Assembly (NCBI GenBank): GCA_964016885.1
Contig: OZ024762.1
Span: 30,504,001-30,568,000 of the forward strand
Source: Eledone cirrhosa
Taxonomy: Eukaryota
DNA length: 64,000 bases
Reading direction: 5' to 3'
Below are positions 25,035 through 38,013 of the stretch, one piece after another (position 1 is the stretch's first letter; each line of letters opens with the position of its first letter). The position numbers and the translations under genes were made by a program. The notes under the pieces were generated by a model. The model was not told the origin of the DNA. It ran no database searches and saw only the letters and a list, made by a program, of their open reading frames with translations.

Positions 25035-28000
25035 ATGGTACTAGCTGTCAGAAGGAACTCCACTGTTGGTGAGAATTCATTTAAGTTCATGGTACTAGCT
25101 GTCAGAAGTAACTCCACTGTTGGTGAGAATTCATTTAAGTTCATGGTACTAGCTGTCAGAAGTAACTCCACTGTTGGTGAGAATTCATTTAAGTTCATGG
25201 TATTAGCTGTCAGAAGTCACTCCACTGTTGGTGAGAATTCATTTAAGTTCATGGTATTAGCTGTCAGAAGTAACTCCACTGTTGGTGAGAATTCATTTAA
25301 GTTCATGGTATTAGCTGTCAGAAGTAACTCCACTGTTGGTGAGAATTCATTTAAGTTCATGGTACTAGCTGTCAGAAGTAACTCCACTGTTGGTGAGAAT
25401 TCATTTAAGTTCATGGTACTAGCTGTCAGAAGTAACTCCACTGTTGGTGAGAATTCATTTAAGTTCATGGTATTAGCTGTCAGAAGTCACTCCACTGTTG
25501 GTGAGAATTCATTTAAGTTCATGGTATTAGCTGTCAGAAGTAACTCCACTGTTGGTGAGAATTCATTTAAGTTCATGGTAATAGCTGTCAGAAGTAACTC
25601 CACTGTTGGTGAGAATTCATTTAAGTTCATGGTACTAGCTGTCAGAAGTAACTCCAATGTTGGTGAGAATTCATTTAAGTTCATGGTATTAGCTGTCAGA
25701 AGTAACTCCACTGTTGGTGAGAATTCATTTAAGTTCATGGTACTAGCTGTCAGAAGTAACTCCACTGTTGGTGAGAATTCATTTAAGTTCATGGTATTAG
25801 CTGTCAGAAGTAACTCCACTGTTGGTGAGAATTCATTTAAGTTCATGGTACTAGCTGTCAGAAGTAACCCCAATGTTGGTGAGAATTCATTTAAGTTCAT
25901 GGTATTAGCTGTCAGAAGTCACTCCAATGTTGGTGAGAATTCATTTAAGTTCATGGTATTAGCTGTCAGAAGTAACTCCACTGTTGGTGAGAATTCATTT
26001 AAGTTCATGGTATTAGCTGTCAGAAGGAACTCCAATGTTGGTGAGAATTCATTTAAGTCATGGTACTAGCTGTCAGAAGTAACTCCACTGTTGGTGAGAA
26101 TTCATTTAAGTTCATGGTATTAGCTGTCAGAAGGAACGCCATTGTTGGTGAGAATTCATTTAAGTTCATGGTATTAGCTGTCAGAAGTAACTCCACTGTT
26201 GGTGAGAATTCATTTAAGTCATGGTATTAGTTGTCAGAAGTAACTCCAATGTTGGTGAGAATTCATTTAAGTCATGGTACTAGCTGTCAGAAGTAACTCC
26301 AATGTTGGTGAGAATTCATTTAAGTTCATGGTATTAGCTGTCAGAAGGAACTCCACTGTTGGTGAGAATTCATTTAAGTTCATGGTATTAGCTGTCAGAA
26401 GTAACTCCACTGTTGGTGAGAATTCATTTAAGTTCATGGTACTAGCTGTCAGAAGTAACTCCAATGTTGGTGAGAATTCATTTAAGTTCATGGTATTAGC
26501 TGTCAGAAGTAACTCCACTGTTGGTGAGAATTCATTTAAGTCATGGTATTAGCTGTCAGAAGTAACTCCAATGTTGGTGAGAATTCATTTAAGTTCATGG
26601 TATTAGCTGTCAGAAGTAACTCCACTGTTGGTGAGAATTCATTTAAGTTCATGGTATTAGCTGTCAGAAGTAACTCCACTGTTGGTGAGAATTCATTTAA
26701 GTTCATGGTACTAGCTGTCAGAAGTAACTCCACTGTTGGTGGGAATTCATTTAAGTTCATGGAATTAGTTTGTCAGAAGTAACTCCACTGTTGGTGAGAA
26801 TTCATTTAAGTCATGGTATTAGTTGTCAGAAGTAACTCCAATGTTGGTGAGAATTCATTTAAGTTCATGGTACTAGCTGTCAGAAGTAACTCCACTGTTG
26901 GTGAGAATTCATTTAAGTTCATGGTATTAGCTGTCAGAAGTAACTCCACTGTTGGTGAGAATTCATTTAAGTCATGGTATTAGCTGTCAGAAGTAACTCC
27001 AATGTTGGTGAGAATTCATTTAAGTCATGGTACTAGCTGTCAGAAGTAACTCCAATGTTGGTGAGAATTCATTTAAGTTCATGGTATTAGCTGTTAGAAG
27101 GAACTCCACTGTTGGTGAGAATTCATTTAAGTTCATGGTATTAGCTGTCAGAAGTAACTCCACTGTTGGTGAGAATTCATTTAAGTTCATGGTACTAGCT
27201 GTCAGAAGTAACTCCACTGTTGGTGAGAATTCAGTTAAGTTCATGGTACTAGCTGTCAGAAGTCACTCCAATGTTGGTGAGAATTCATTTAAGTTCATGG
27301 TACTAGCTGTCAGAAGTAACTCCACTGTTGGTGAGAATTCATTTAAGTTGATGGTATTAGCTGTCAGAAGGAACACCACTGTTGGTGAGAATTCATTTAA
27401 GTTCATGGTACTAGCTGTCAGAAGTAACTCCACTGTTGGTGAGAATTCAGTTAAGTTCATGGTACTAGCTGTCAGAAGTCACTCCAATGTTGGTGAGAAT
27501 TCATTTAAGTTCATGGTACTAGCTGTCAGAAGTAACTCCATGGTTGGTGAGAATTCATTTAAGTTCATGGTATTAGCTGTCAGAAGGAACACCACTGTTG
27601 GTGAGAATTCATTTAAGTTCATGGTATTAGCTGTCAGATGTAACTCCACTGTTGGTGAGAATTCATTTAAGTTCATGGTACTAGCTGTCAGAAGTAACTC
27701 CACTGTTGGTGAGATTTCAGTTAAGTTCATGGTATTAGTTGTCAGAAGTAACTCCACTGTTGGTGAGAATTCATTTAAATCATGGTATTAGTTGTCAGAA
27801 GTAACTCCAATGTTGGTGAGAATTCATTTAAGTTCATGGTACTAGCTGTCAGAAGTAACTCCACTGTTGGTGAGAATTCATTTAAGTTCATGGTATTAGC
27901 TGTCAGAAGTAACTCCACTGTTGGTGAGAATTCATTTAAGTCATGGTATTAGCTGTCAGAAGTAACTCCATTGTTGGTGAGAATTCATTTAAGTCATGCT

Positions 28001-28264
28001 ACTAGCTGTCAGAAGTAACTCCACTGTTGGTGAGAATTCATTTAAGTTCATGGTATTAGCTGTCAGAAGGAACTCCACTGTTGGTGAGAATTCATTTAAG
28101 TTCATGGTACTAGCTGTCAGAAGTAACTCCACTGTTGGTGAGAATTCATTTAAGTTCATGGTACTAGCTGTCAGAAGGAACTCCACTGTTGGTGAGAATT
28201 CATTTAAGTTCATGGTATTAGCTGTCAGAAGTAACTCCAATGTTGGTGAGAATTCATTTAAGTC

Positions 28265-31200
28265 ATGGTACTAGCTGTCAGAAGTAACTCCACTGTTGGT
28301 GAGAATTCATTTAAGTTTATGGTATTAGCTGTCAGAAGGAACTCCACTGTTGGTGAGAATTCATTTAAGTTCATGGTATTAGCTGTCAGAAGTAACTCCA
28401 ATGTTGGTGAGAATTCATTTAAGTTCATGGTATTAGCTGTCAGAAGTAACTCCACTGTTGGTGAGAATTCATTTAAGTTCATGGTATTAGCTGTCAGAAG
28501 TAACTCCACTGTTGGTGAGAATTCATGTAAGTTCATGGTACTAGCTGTCAGAAGTAACTCCACTGTTGGTGAGAATTCATTTAAGTTCATGGTACTAGCT
28601 GTCAGAAGTAACCCCAATGTTGGTGAGAATTCATTTAAGTTCATGGTATTAGCTGTCAGAAGTCACTCCATTGTTGGTGAGAATTCATTTAAGTTCATGG
28701 TATTAGCTGTCAGAAGTAACTCCACTGTTGGTGAGAATTCATTTAAGTTCATGGTATTAGCTGTCAGAAGTAACTCCACTGTTGGTGAGAATTCATTTAA
28801 GTTCATGGTATTAGCTGTCAGAAGTAACTCCACTGTTGGTGAGAATTCATTTAAGTTCATGGTACTAGCTGTCAGAAGTAACTCCACTGTTGGTGAGAAT
28901 TCATTTAAGTTCATGGTATTAGCTGTCAGAAGTAACTCCACTGTTGGTGAGAATTCATTTAAGTCATGGTATTAGCTGTCAGAAGTAACTCCATTGTTGG
29001 TGAGAATTCATTTAAGTCATGGTACTATCTGTCAGAAGTAACTCCACTGTTGGTGAGAATTCATTTAAGTTCATGGTACTAGCTGTCAGAAGTAACTCCA
29101 CTGTTGGTTAGAATTCATTTAAGTTCATGGTACTAGCTGTCAGAAGTAACTCCACTGTTGGTGAGAATTCATTTAAGTTCATGGTACTAGCTGTCAGAAG
29201 TAACTCCACTGTTGGTGAGAATTCATTTAAGTTCATGGTACTAGCTGTCAGAAGTAACTCCAATGTTGGTGAGAATTCATTTAAGTCATGGTACTAGCTG
29301 TCAGAAGTAACTCCACTGTTGGTGAGAATTCATTTAAGTTCATGGTATTAGCTGTCAGAAGGAACTCCACTGTTGGTGAGAATTCATTTAAGTTCATGGT
29401 ATTAGCTGTCAGAAGTAACTCCACTGTTGGTGAGAATTCATTTAAGTTCATGGTACTAGCTGTCAGAAGTAACTCCACTGTTGGTGAGAATTCATTTAAG
29501 TTCATGGTACTAGCTGTCAGAAGTAACCCCAATGTTGGTGAGAATTCATTTAAGTTCATGGTATTAGCTGTCAGAAGTCACTCCACTGTTGGTGAGAATT
29601 CATTTAAGTTCATGGTATTAGCTGTCAGAAGTAACTCCACTGTTGGTGAGAATTCATTTAAGTTCATGGTACTAGCTGTCTGAAGTAACTCCACTGTTGG
29701 TGAGAATTCATTTAAGTTCATGGTACTAGCTGTCAGAAGTAACTCCAATGTTGGTGAGAATTCATTTAGGTCATGGTACTAGCTGTCAGAAGTAACTCCA
29801 CTGTTGGTGAGAATTCATTTAAGTTCATGGTATTAGCTGTCAGAAGGAACTCCACTGTTGGTGAGAATTCATTTAAGTTCATGGTATTAGCTGTCAGAAG
29901 TAACTCCACTGTTGGTGAGAATTCATTTAAGTTCATGGTACTAGCTGTCAGAAGGAACTCCAATGTTGGTGAGAATTCATTTAAGTTCATGGTATTAGCT
30001 GTCAGAAGTAACTCCACTGTTGGTGAGAATTCATTTAAGTTCATGGTATTAGCTGTCAGAAGTAACTCCACTGTTGGTGAGAATTCATTTAAGTTCATGG
30101 TACTAGCTGTCAGAAGTAACTCCACTGTTGGTGAGAATTCATTTAAGTTCATGGTACTAGCTGTCAGAAGTAACCCCAATGTTGGTGAGAATTCATTTAC
30201 GTTCATGGTATTAGCTGTCAGAAGTCACTCCACTGTTGGTGAGAATTCATTTAAGTTCATGGTATTAGCTGTCAGAAGTAACTCCACTGTTGGTGAGAAT
30301 TCATTTAAGTTCATGGTATTAGCTGTCAGAAGTAACTCCACTGTTGGTGAGAATTCATTTAAGTTCATGGTATTAGCTGTCAGAAGGAACTCCAATGTTG
30401 GTGAGAATTCATTTAAGTTCATGGTATTAGCTGTCAGAAGGAACGCCACTGTTGGTGAGAATTCATTTAAGTCATGGTATTAGCTGTCAGAAGTAACTCC
30501 ATTGTTGGTGGGCATTCATTTAAGTCATGGTACTAGCTGTCAGAAGTAACTCCACTGTTGGTGAGAATTCATTTAAGTTCATGGTATTAGCTGTCAGAAG
30601 GAACTCCACTGTTGGTGAGAATTCATTTAAGTTCATGGTATTAGCTGTCAGAAGTAACTCCACTGTTGGTGAGATTTCATTTAAGTTCATGGTACTAGCT
30701 GTCAGAAGTAACTCCACTGTTGGTGAGAATTCATTTAAGTTCATGGTACTAGCTGTCAGAAGGAACTCCACTGTTGGTGAGAATTCATTTAAGTTCATGG
30801 TATTAGCTGTCAGAAGTAACTGCAATGTTGGTGAGAATTCATTTAAGTCATGGTACTAGCTGTCAGAAGTAACTCCACTGTTGGTGAGAATTCATTTAAG
30901 TTCATGGTATTAGCTGTCAGAAGGAACTCCACTGTTGGTGAGAATTCATTTAAGTTCATGGTATTAGCTGTCAGAAGTAACTCCACTGTTGGTGAGAATT
31001 CATTTAAGTTCACGGTACTAGCTGTCAGAAGTAACTCCAATGTTGGTGAGAATTCATATAAGTTCATGGTATTAGCTGTCAGAAGTAACTCCACTGTTGG
31101 TGAGAATTCATTTAAGTTCATGGTACTAGCTGTCAGAAGTAACTCCACTGTTGGTGAGAATTCATTTAAGTTCATGGTACTAGCCGTCAGAAGTAACTCC

Positions 31201-34200
31201 AATGTTGGTGAGAATTCAGTTAAGTTCATGGTATTAGTTGTCAGAAGTAACTCCACTGTTGGTGAGAATTCGTTTAAGTCATGGTATTAGCTGTCAGAAG
31301 TAACTCCATTGTTGGTGAGAATTCATTTAAGTTCATGGTACTAGCTGTCAGAAGTAACTCCACTGTTGGTGAGAATTCATTTAAGTTCATGGTACTAGCT
31401 GTCAGAAGTAACTCCACTGTTGGTGAGAATTCATTTAAGTTCATGGTACTAGCTGTCAGAAGTAACTCCACTGTTGGTGAGAATTCATTTAAGTTCATGG
31501 TACTAGCTGTCTGAAGTAACTCCACTGTTGGTGAGAATTCATTTAAGTTCATGGTACTAGCTGTCAGAAGTAACTCCAATGTTGGTGAGAATTCATTTAG
31601 GTCATGGTACTAGCTGTCAGAAGTAACTCCACTGTTGGTGAGAATTCATTTAAGTTCATGGTATTAGCTGTCAGAAGTAACTCCACTGTTGGTGAGAATT
31701 CATGTAAGTTCATGGTACTAGCTGTCAGAAGTAACTCCACTGTTGGTGAGAATTCATTTAAGTTCATGGTACTAGCTGTCAGAAGTAACCCCAATGTTGG
31801 TGAGAATTCATTTAAGTTCATGGTATTAGCTGTCAGAAGTCACTCCATTGTTGGTGAGAATTCATTTAAGTTCATGGTATTAGCTGTCAGAAGTAACTCC
31901 ACTGTTGGTGAGAATTCATTTAAGTTCATGGTATTAGCTGTCAGAAGTAACTCCACTGTTGGTGAGAATTCATTTAAGTTCATGGTATTAGCTGTCAGAA
32001 GTAACTCCACTGTTGGTGAGAATTCATTTAAGTTCATGGTACTAGCTGTCAGAAGTAACTCCACTGTTGGTGAGAATTCATTTAAGTTCATGGTATTAGC
32101 TGTCAGAAGTAACTCCACTGTTGGTGAGAATTCATTTAAGTCATGGTATTAGCTGTCAGAAGTAACTCCATTGTTGGTGAGAATTCATTTAAGTCATGGT
32201 ACTATCTGTCAGAAGTAACTCCACTGTTGGTGAGAATTCATTTAAGTTCATGGTACTAGCTGTCAGAAGTAACTCCACTGTTGGTTAGAATTCATTTAAG
32301 TTCATGGTACTAGCTGTCAGAAGTAACTCCACTGTTGGTGAGAATTCATTTAAGTTCATGGTACTAGCTGTCAGAAGTAACTCCACTGTTGGTGAGAATT
32401 CATTTAAGTTCATGGTATTAGCTGTCAGAAGTAACTCCACTGTTGGTGAGAATTCATTTAAGTTCATGGTACTAGCTGTCAGAAGTAACTCCACTGTTGG
32501 TGAGAATTCATTTAAGTTCATGGTACTAGCTGTCAGAAGTAACCCCAATGTTGGTGAGAATTCATTTAAGTTCATGGTATTAGCTGTCAGAAGTCACTCC
32601 ACTGTTGGTGAGAATTCATTTAAGTTCATGGTATTAGCTCGCAGAAGTAACTCCACTGTTGGTGAGAATTCATTTAAGTTCATGGTACTAGCTGTCTGAA
32701 GTAACTCCACTGTTGGTGAGAATTCATTTAAGTTCATGGTACTAGCTGTCAGAAGTAACTCCAATGTTGGTGAGAATTCATTTAGGTCATGGTACTAGCT
32801 GTCAGAAGTAACTCCACTGTTGGTGAGAATTCATTTAAGTTCATGGTACTAGCTGTCAGAAGTAACCCCAATGTTGGTGAGAATTCATTTAAGTTCATGG
32901 TATTAGCTGTCAGAAGTAACTCCACTGTTGGTGAGAATTCATTTAAGTTCATGGTACTAGCTGTCAGAAGTAACTCCACTGTTGGTGAGAATTCATTTAA
33001 GTTCATGGTACTAGCTGTCAGAAGTAACCCCAATGTTGGTGAGAATTCATTTACGTTCATGGTATTAGCTGTCAGAAGTCACTCCACTGTTGGTGAGAAT
33101 TCATTTAAGTTCATGGTATTAGCTGTCAGAAGTAACTCCACTGTTGGTGAGAATTCATTTAAGTTCATGGTATTAGCTGTCAGAAGTAACTCCACTGTTG
33201 GTGAGAATTCATTTAAGTTCATGGTATTAGCTGTCAGAAGGAACTCCACTGTTGGTGAGAATTCATTTAAGTTCATGGTATTAGCTGTCAGAAGTAACTC
33301 CACTGTTGGTGAGAATTCATTTAAGTTCATGGTACTAGCTGTCAGAAGTAACTCCACTGTTGGTGAGAATTCATTTAAGTTCATGGTACTAGCTGTCAGA
33401 AGGAACTCCACTGTTGGTGAGAATTCATTTAAGTTCATGGTATTAGCTGTCAGAAGTAACTCCAATGTTGGTGAGAATTCATTTAAGTCATGGTACTAGC
33501 TGTCAGAAGTAACTCCACTGTTGGTGAGAATTCATTTAAGTTTATGGTATTAGCTGTCAGAAGGAACTCCACTGTTGGTGAGAATTCATTTAAGTTCATG
33601 GTATTAGCTGTCAGAAGTAACTCCAATGTTGGTGAGAATTCATTTAAGTTCATGGTATTAGCTGTCAGAAGTAACTCCACTGTTGGTGAGAATTCATTTA
33701 AGTTCATGGTATTAGCTGTCAGAAGTAACTCCACTGTTGGTGAGAATTCATGTAAGTTCATGGTACTAGCTGTCAGAAGTAACTCCACTGTTGGTGAGAA
33801 TTCATTTAAGTTCATGGTACTAGCTGTCAGAAGTAACCCCAATGTTGGTGAGAATTCATTTAAGTTCATGGTATTAGCTGTCAGAAGTCACTCCATTGTT
33901 GGTGAGAATTCATTTAAGTTCATGGTATTAGCTGTCAGAAGTAACTCCACTGTTGGTGAGAATTCATTTAAGTTCATGGTATTAGCTGTCAGAAGTAACT
34001 CCACTGTTGGTGAGAATTCATTTAAGTTCATGGTATTAGCTGTCAGAAGTAACTCCACTGTTGGTGAGAATTCATTTAAGTTCATGGTACTAGCTGTCAG
34101 AAGTAACTCCACTGTTGGTGAGAATTCATTTAAGTTCATGGTATTAGCTGTCAGAAGTAACTCCACTGTTGGTGAGAATTCATTTAAGTCATGGTATTAG

Positions 34201-37200
34201 CTGTCAGAAGTAACTCCATTGTTGGTGAGAATTCATTTAAGTCATGGTACTATCTGTCAGAAGTAACTCCACTGTTGGTGAGAATTCATTTAAGTTCATG
34301 GTACTAGCTGTCAGAAGTAACTCCACTGTTGGTTAGAATTCATTTAAGTTCATGGTACTAGCTGTCAGAAGTAACTCCACTGTTGGTGAGAATTCATTTA
34401 AGTTCATGGTACTAGCTGTCAGAAGTAACTCCACTGTTGGTGAGAATTCATTTAAGTTTATGGTACTAGCTGTCAGAAGTAACTCCAATGTTGGTGAGAA
34501 TTCATTTAAGTCATGGTACTAGCTGTCAGAAGTAACTCCACTGTTGGTGAGAATTCATTTAAGTTCATGGTATTAGCTGTCAGAAGGAACTCCACTGTTG
34601 GTGAGAATTCATTTAAGTTCATGGTATTAGCTGTCAGAAGTAACTCCACTGTTGGTGAGAATTCATTTAAGTTCATGGTACTAGCTGTCAGAAGTAACTC
34701 CACTGTTGGTGAGAATTCATTTAAGTTCATGGTACTAGCTGTCAGAAGTAACCCCAATGTTGGTGAGAATTCATTTAAGTTCATGGTATTAGCTGTCAGA
34801 AGTCACTCCACTGTTGGTGAGAATTCATTTAAGTTCATGGTATTAGCTGTCAGAAGTAACTCCACTGTTGGTGAGAATTCATTTAAGTTCATGGTACTAG
34901 CTGTCTGAAGTAACTCCACTGTTGGTGAGAATTCATTTAAGTTCATGGTACTAGCTGTCAGAAGTAACTCCAATGTTGGTGAGAATTCATTTAGGTCATG
35001 GTACTAGCTGTCAGAAGTAACTCCACTGTTGGTGAGAATTCATTTAAGTTCATGGTATTAGCTGTCAGAAGGAACTCCACTGTTGGTGAGAATTCATTTA
35101 AGTTCATGGTATTAGCTGTCAGAAGTAACTCCACTGTTGGTGAGAATTCATTTAAGTTCATGGTACTAGCTGTCAGAAGGAACTCCAATGTTGGTGAGAA
35201 TTCATTTAAGTTCATGGTATTAGCTGTCAGAAGTAACTCCACTGTTGGTGAGAATTCATTTAAGTTCATGGTATTAGCTGTCAGAAGTAACTCCACTGTT
35301 GGTGAGAATTCATTTAAGTTCATGGTACTAGCTGTCAGAAGTAACTCCACTGTTGGTGAGAATTCATTTAAGTTCATGGTACTAGCTGTCAGAAGTAACC
35401 CCAATGTTGGTGAGAATTCATTTACGTTCATGGTATTAGCTGTCAGAAGTCACTCCACTGTTGGTGAGAATTCATTTAAGTTCATGGTATTAGCTGTCAG
35501 AAGTAACTCCACTGTTGGTGAGAATTCATTTAAGTTCATGGTATTAGCTGTCAGAAGTAACTCCACTGTTGGTGAGAATTCATTTAAGTTCATGGTATTA
35601 GCTGTCAGAAGGAACTCCAATGTTGGTGAGAATTCATTTAAGTTCATGGTATTAGCTGTCAGAAGGAACGCCACTGTTGGTGAGAATTCATTTAAGTCAT
35701 GGTATTAGCTGTCAGAAGTAACTCCATTGTTGGTGGGCATTCATTTAAGTCATGGTACTAGCTGTCAGAAGTAACTCCACTGTTGGTGAGAATTCATTTA
35801 AGTTCATGGTATTAGCTGTCAGAAGGAACTCCACTGTTGGTGAGAATTCATTTAAGTTCATGGTATTAGCTGTCAGAAGTAACTCCACTGTTGGTGAGAT
35901 TTCATTTAAGTTCATGGTACTAGCTGTCAGAAGTAACTCCACTGTTGGTGAGAATTCATTTAAGTTCATGGTACTAGCTGTCAGAAGGAACTCCACTGTT
36001 GGTGAGAATTCATTTAAGTTCATGGTATTAGCTGTCAGAAGTAACTGCAATGTTGGTGAGAATTCATTTAAGTCATGGTACTAGCTGTCAGAAGTAACTC
36101 CACTGTTGGTGAGAATTCATTTAAGTTCATGGTATTAGCTGTCAGAAGGAACTCCACTGTTGGTGAGAATTCATTTAAGTTCATGGTATTAGCTGTCAGA
36201 AGTAACTCCACTGTTGGTGAGAATTCATTTAAGTTCACGGTACTAGCTGTCAGAAGTAACTCCAATGTTGGTGAGAATTCATATAAGTTCATGGTATTAG
36301 CTGTCAGAAGTAACTCCACTGTTGGTGAGAATTCATTTAAGTTCATGGTACTAGCTGTCAGAAGTAACTCCACTGTTGGTGAGAATTCATTTAAGTTCAT
36401 GGTACTAGCCGTCAGAAGTAACTCCAATGTTGGTGAGAATTCAGTTAAGTTCATGGTATTAGTTGTCAGAAGTAACTCCACTGTTGGTGAGAATTCGTTT
36501 AAGTCATGGTATTAGCTGTCAGAAGTAACTCCATTGTTGGTGAGAATTCATTTAAGTTCATGGTACTAGCTGTCAGAAGTAACTCCACTGTTGGTGAGAA
36601 TTCATTTAAGTTCATGGTACTAGCTGTCAGAAGTAACTCCACTGTTGGTGAGAATTCATTTAAGTTCATGGTACTAGCTGTCAGAAGTAACTCCACTGTT
36701 GGTGAGAATTCATTTAAGTTCATGGTACTAGCTGTCTGAAGTAACTCCACTGTTGGTGAGAATTCATTTAAGTTCATGGTACTAGCTGTCAGAAGTAACT
36801 CCAATGTTGGTGAGAATTCATTTAGGTCATGGTACTAGCTGTCAGAAGTAACTCCACTGTTGGTGAGAATTCATTTAAGTTCATGGTATTAGCTGTCAGA
36901 AGTAACTCCACTGTTGGTGAGAATTCATGTAAGTTCATGGTACTAGCTGTCAGAAGTAACTCCACTGTTGGTGAGAATTCATTTAAGTTCATGGTACTAG
37001 CTGTCAGAAGTAACCCCAATGTTGGTGAGAATTCATTTAAGTTCATGGTATTAGCTGTCAGAAGTCACTCCATTGTTGGTGAGAATTCATTTAAGTTCAT
37101 GGTATTAGCTGTCAGAAGTAACTCCACTGTTGGTGAGAATTCATTTAAGTTCATGGTATTAGCTGTCAGAAGTAACTCCACTGTTGGTGAGAATTCATTT

Positions 37201-38013
37201 AAGTTCATGGTATTAGCTGTCAGAAGTAACTCCACTGTTGGTGAGAATTCATTTAAGTTCATGGTACTAGCTGTCAGAAGTAACTCCACTGTTGGTGAGA
37301 ATTCATTTAAGTTCATGGTATTAGCTGTCAGAAGTAACTCCACTGTTGGTGAGAATTCATTTAAGTCATGGTATTAGCTGTCAGAAGTAACTCCATTGTT
37401 GGTGAGAATTCATTTAAGTCATGGTACTATCTGTCAGAAGTAACTCCACTGTTGGTGAGAATTCATTTAAGTTCATGGTACTAGCTGTCAGAAGTAACTC
37501 CACTGTTGGTTAGAATTCATTTAAGTTCATGGTACTAGCTGTCAGAAGTAACTCCACTGTTGGTGAGAATTCATTTAAGTTCATGGTACTAGCTGTCAGA
37601 AGTAACTCCACTGTTGGTGAGAATTCATTTAAGTTCATGGTATTAGCTGTCAGAAGTAACTCCACTGTTGGTGAGAATTCATTTAAGTTCATGGTACTAG
37701 CTGTCAGAAGTAACTCCACTGTTGGTGAGAATTCATTTAAGTTCATGGTACTAGCTGTCAGAAGTAACCCCAATGTTGGTGAGAATTCATTTAAGTTCAT
37801 GGTATTAGCTGTCAGAAGTCACTCCACTGTTGGTGAGAATTCATTTAAGTTCATGGTATTAGCTCGCAGAAGTAACTCCACTGTTGGTGAGAATTCATTT
37901 AAGTTCATGGTACTAGCTGTCTGAAGTAACTCCACTGTTGGTGAGAATTCATTTAAGTTCATGGTACTAGCTGTCAGAAGTAACTCCAATGTTGGTGAGA
38001 ATTCATTTAGGTC
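28265..38013. repeat. Near-perfect tandem duplication with a 5225-bp (97-monomer) period
   Basis: Matching blocks at 28265/33490, 29288/34513, 29773/34998, 30527/35752, 30850/36075, 31281/36506, 31604/36829 and 32304/37529 all have offset 5225 and share rare variants. Boundaries are approximate. Confidence 0.88.
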
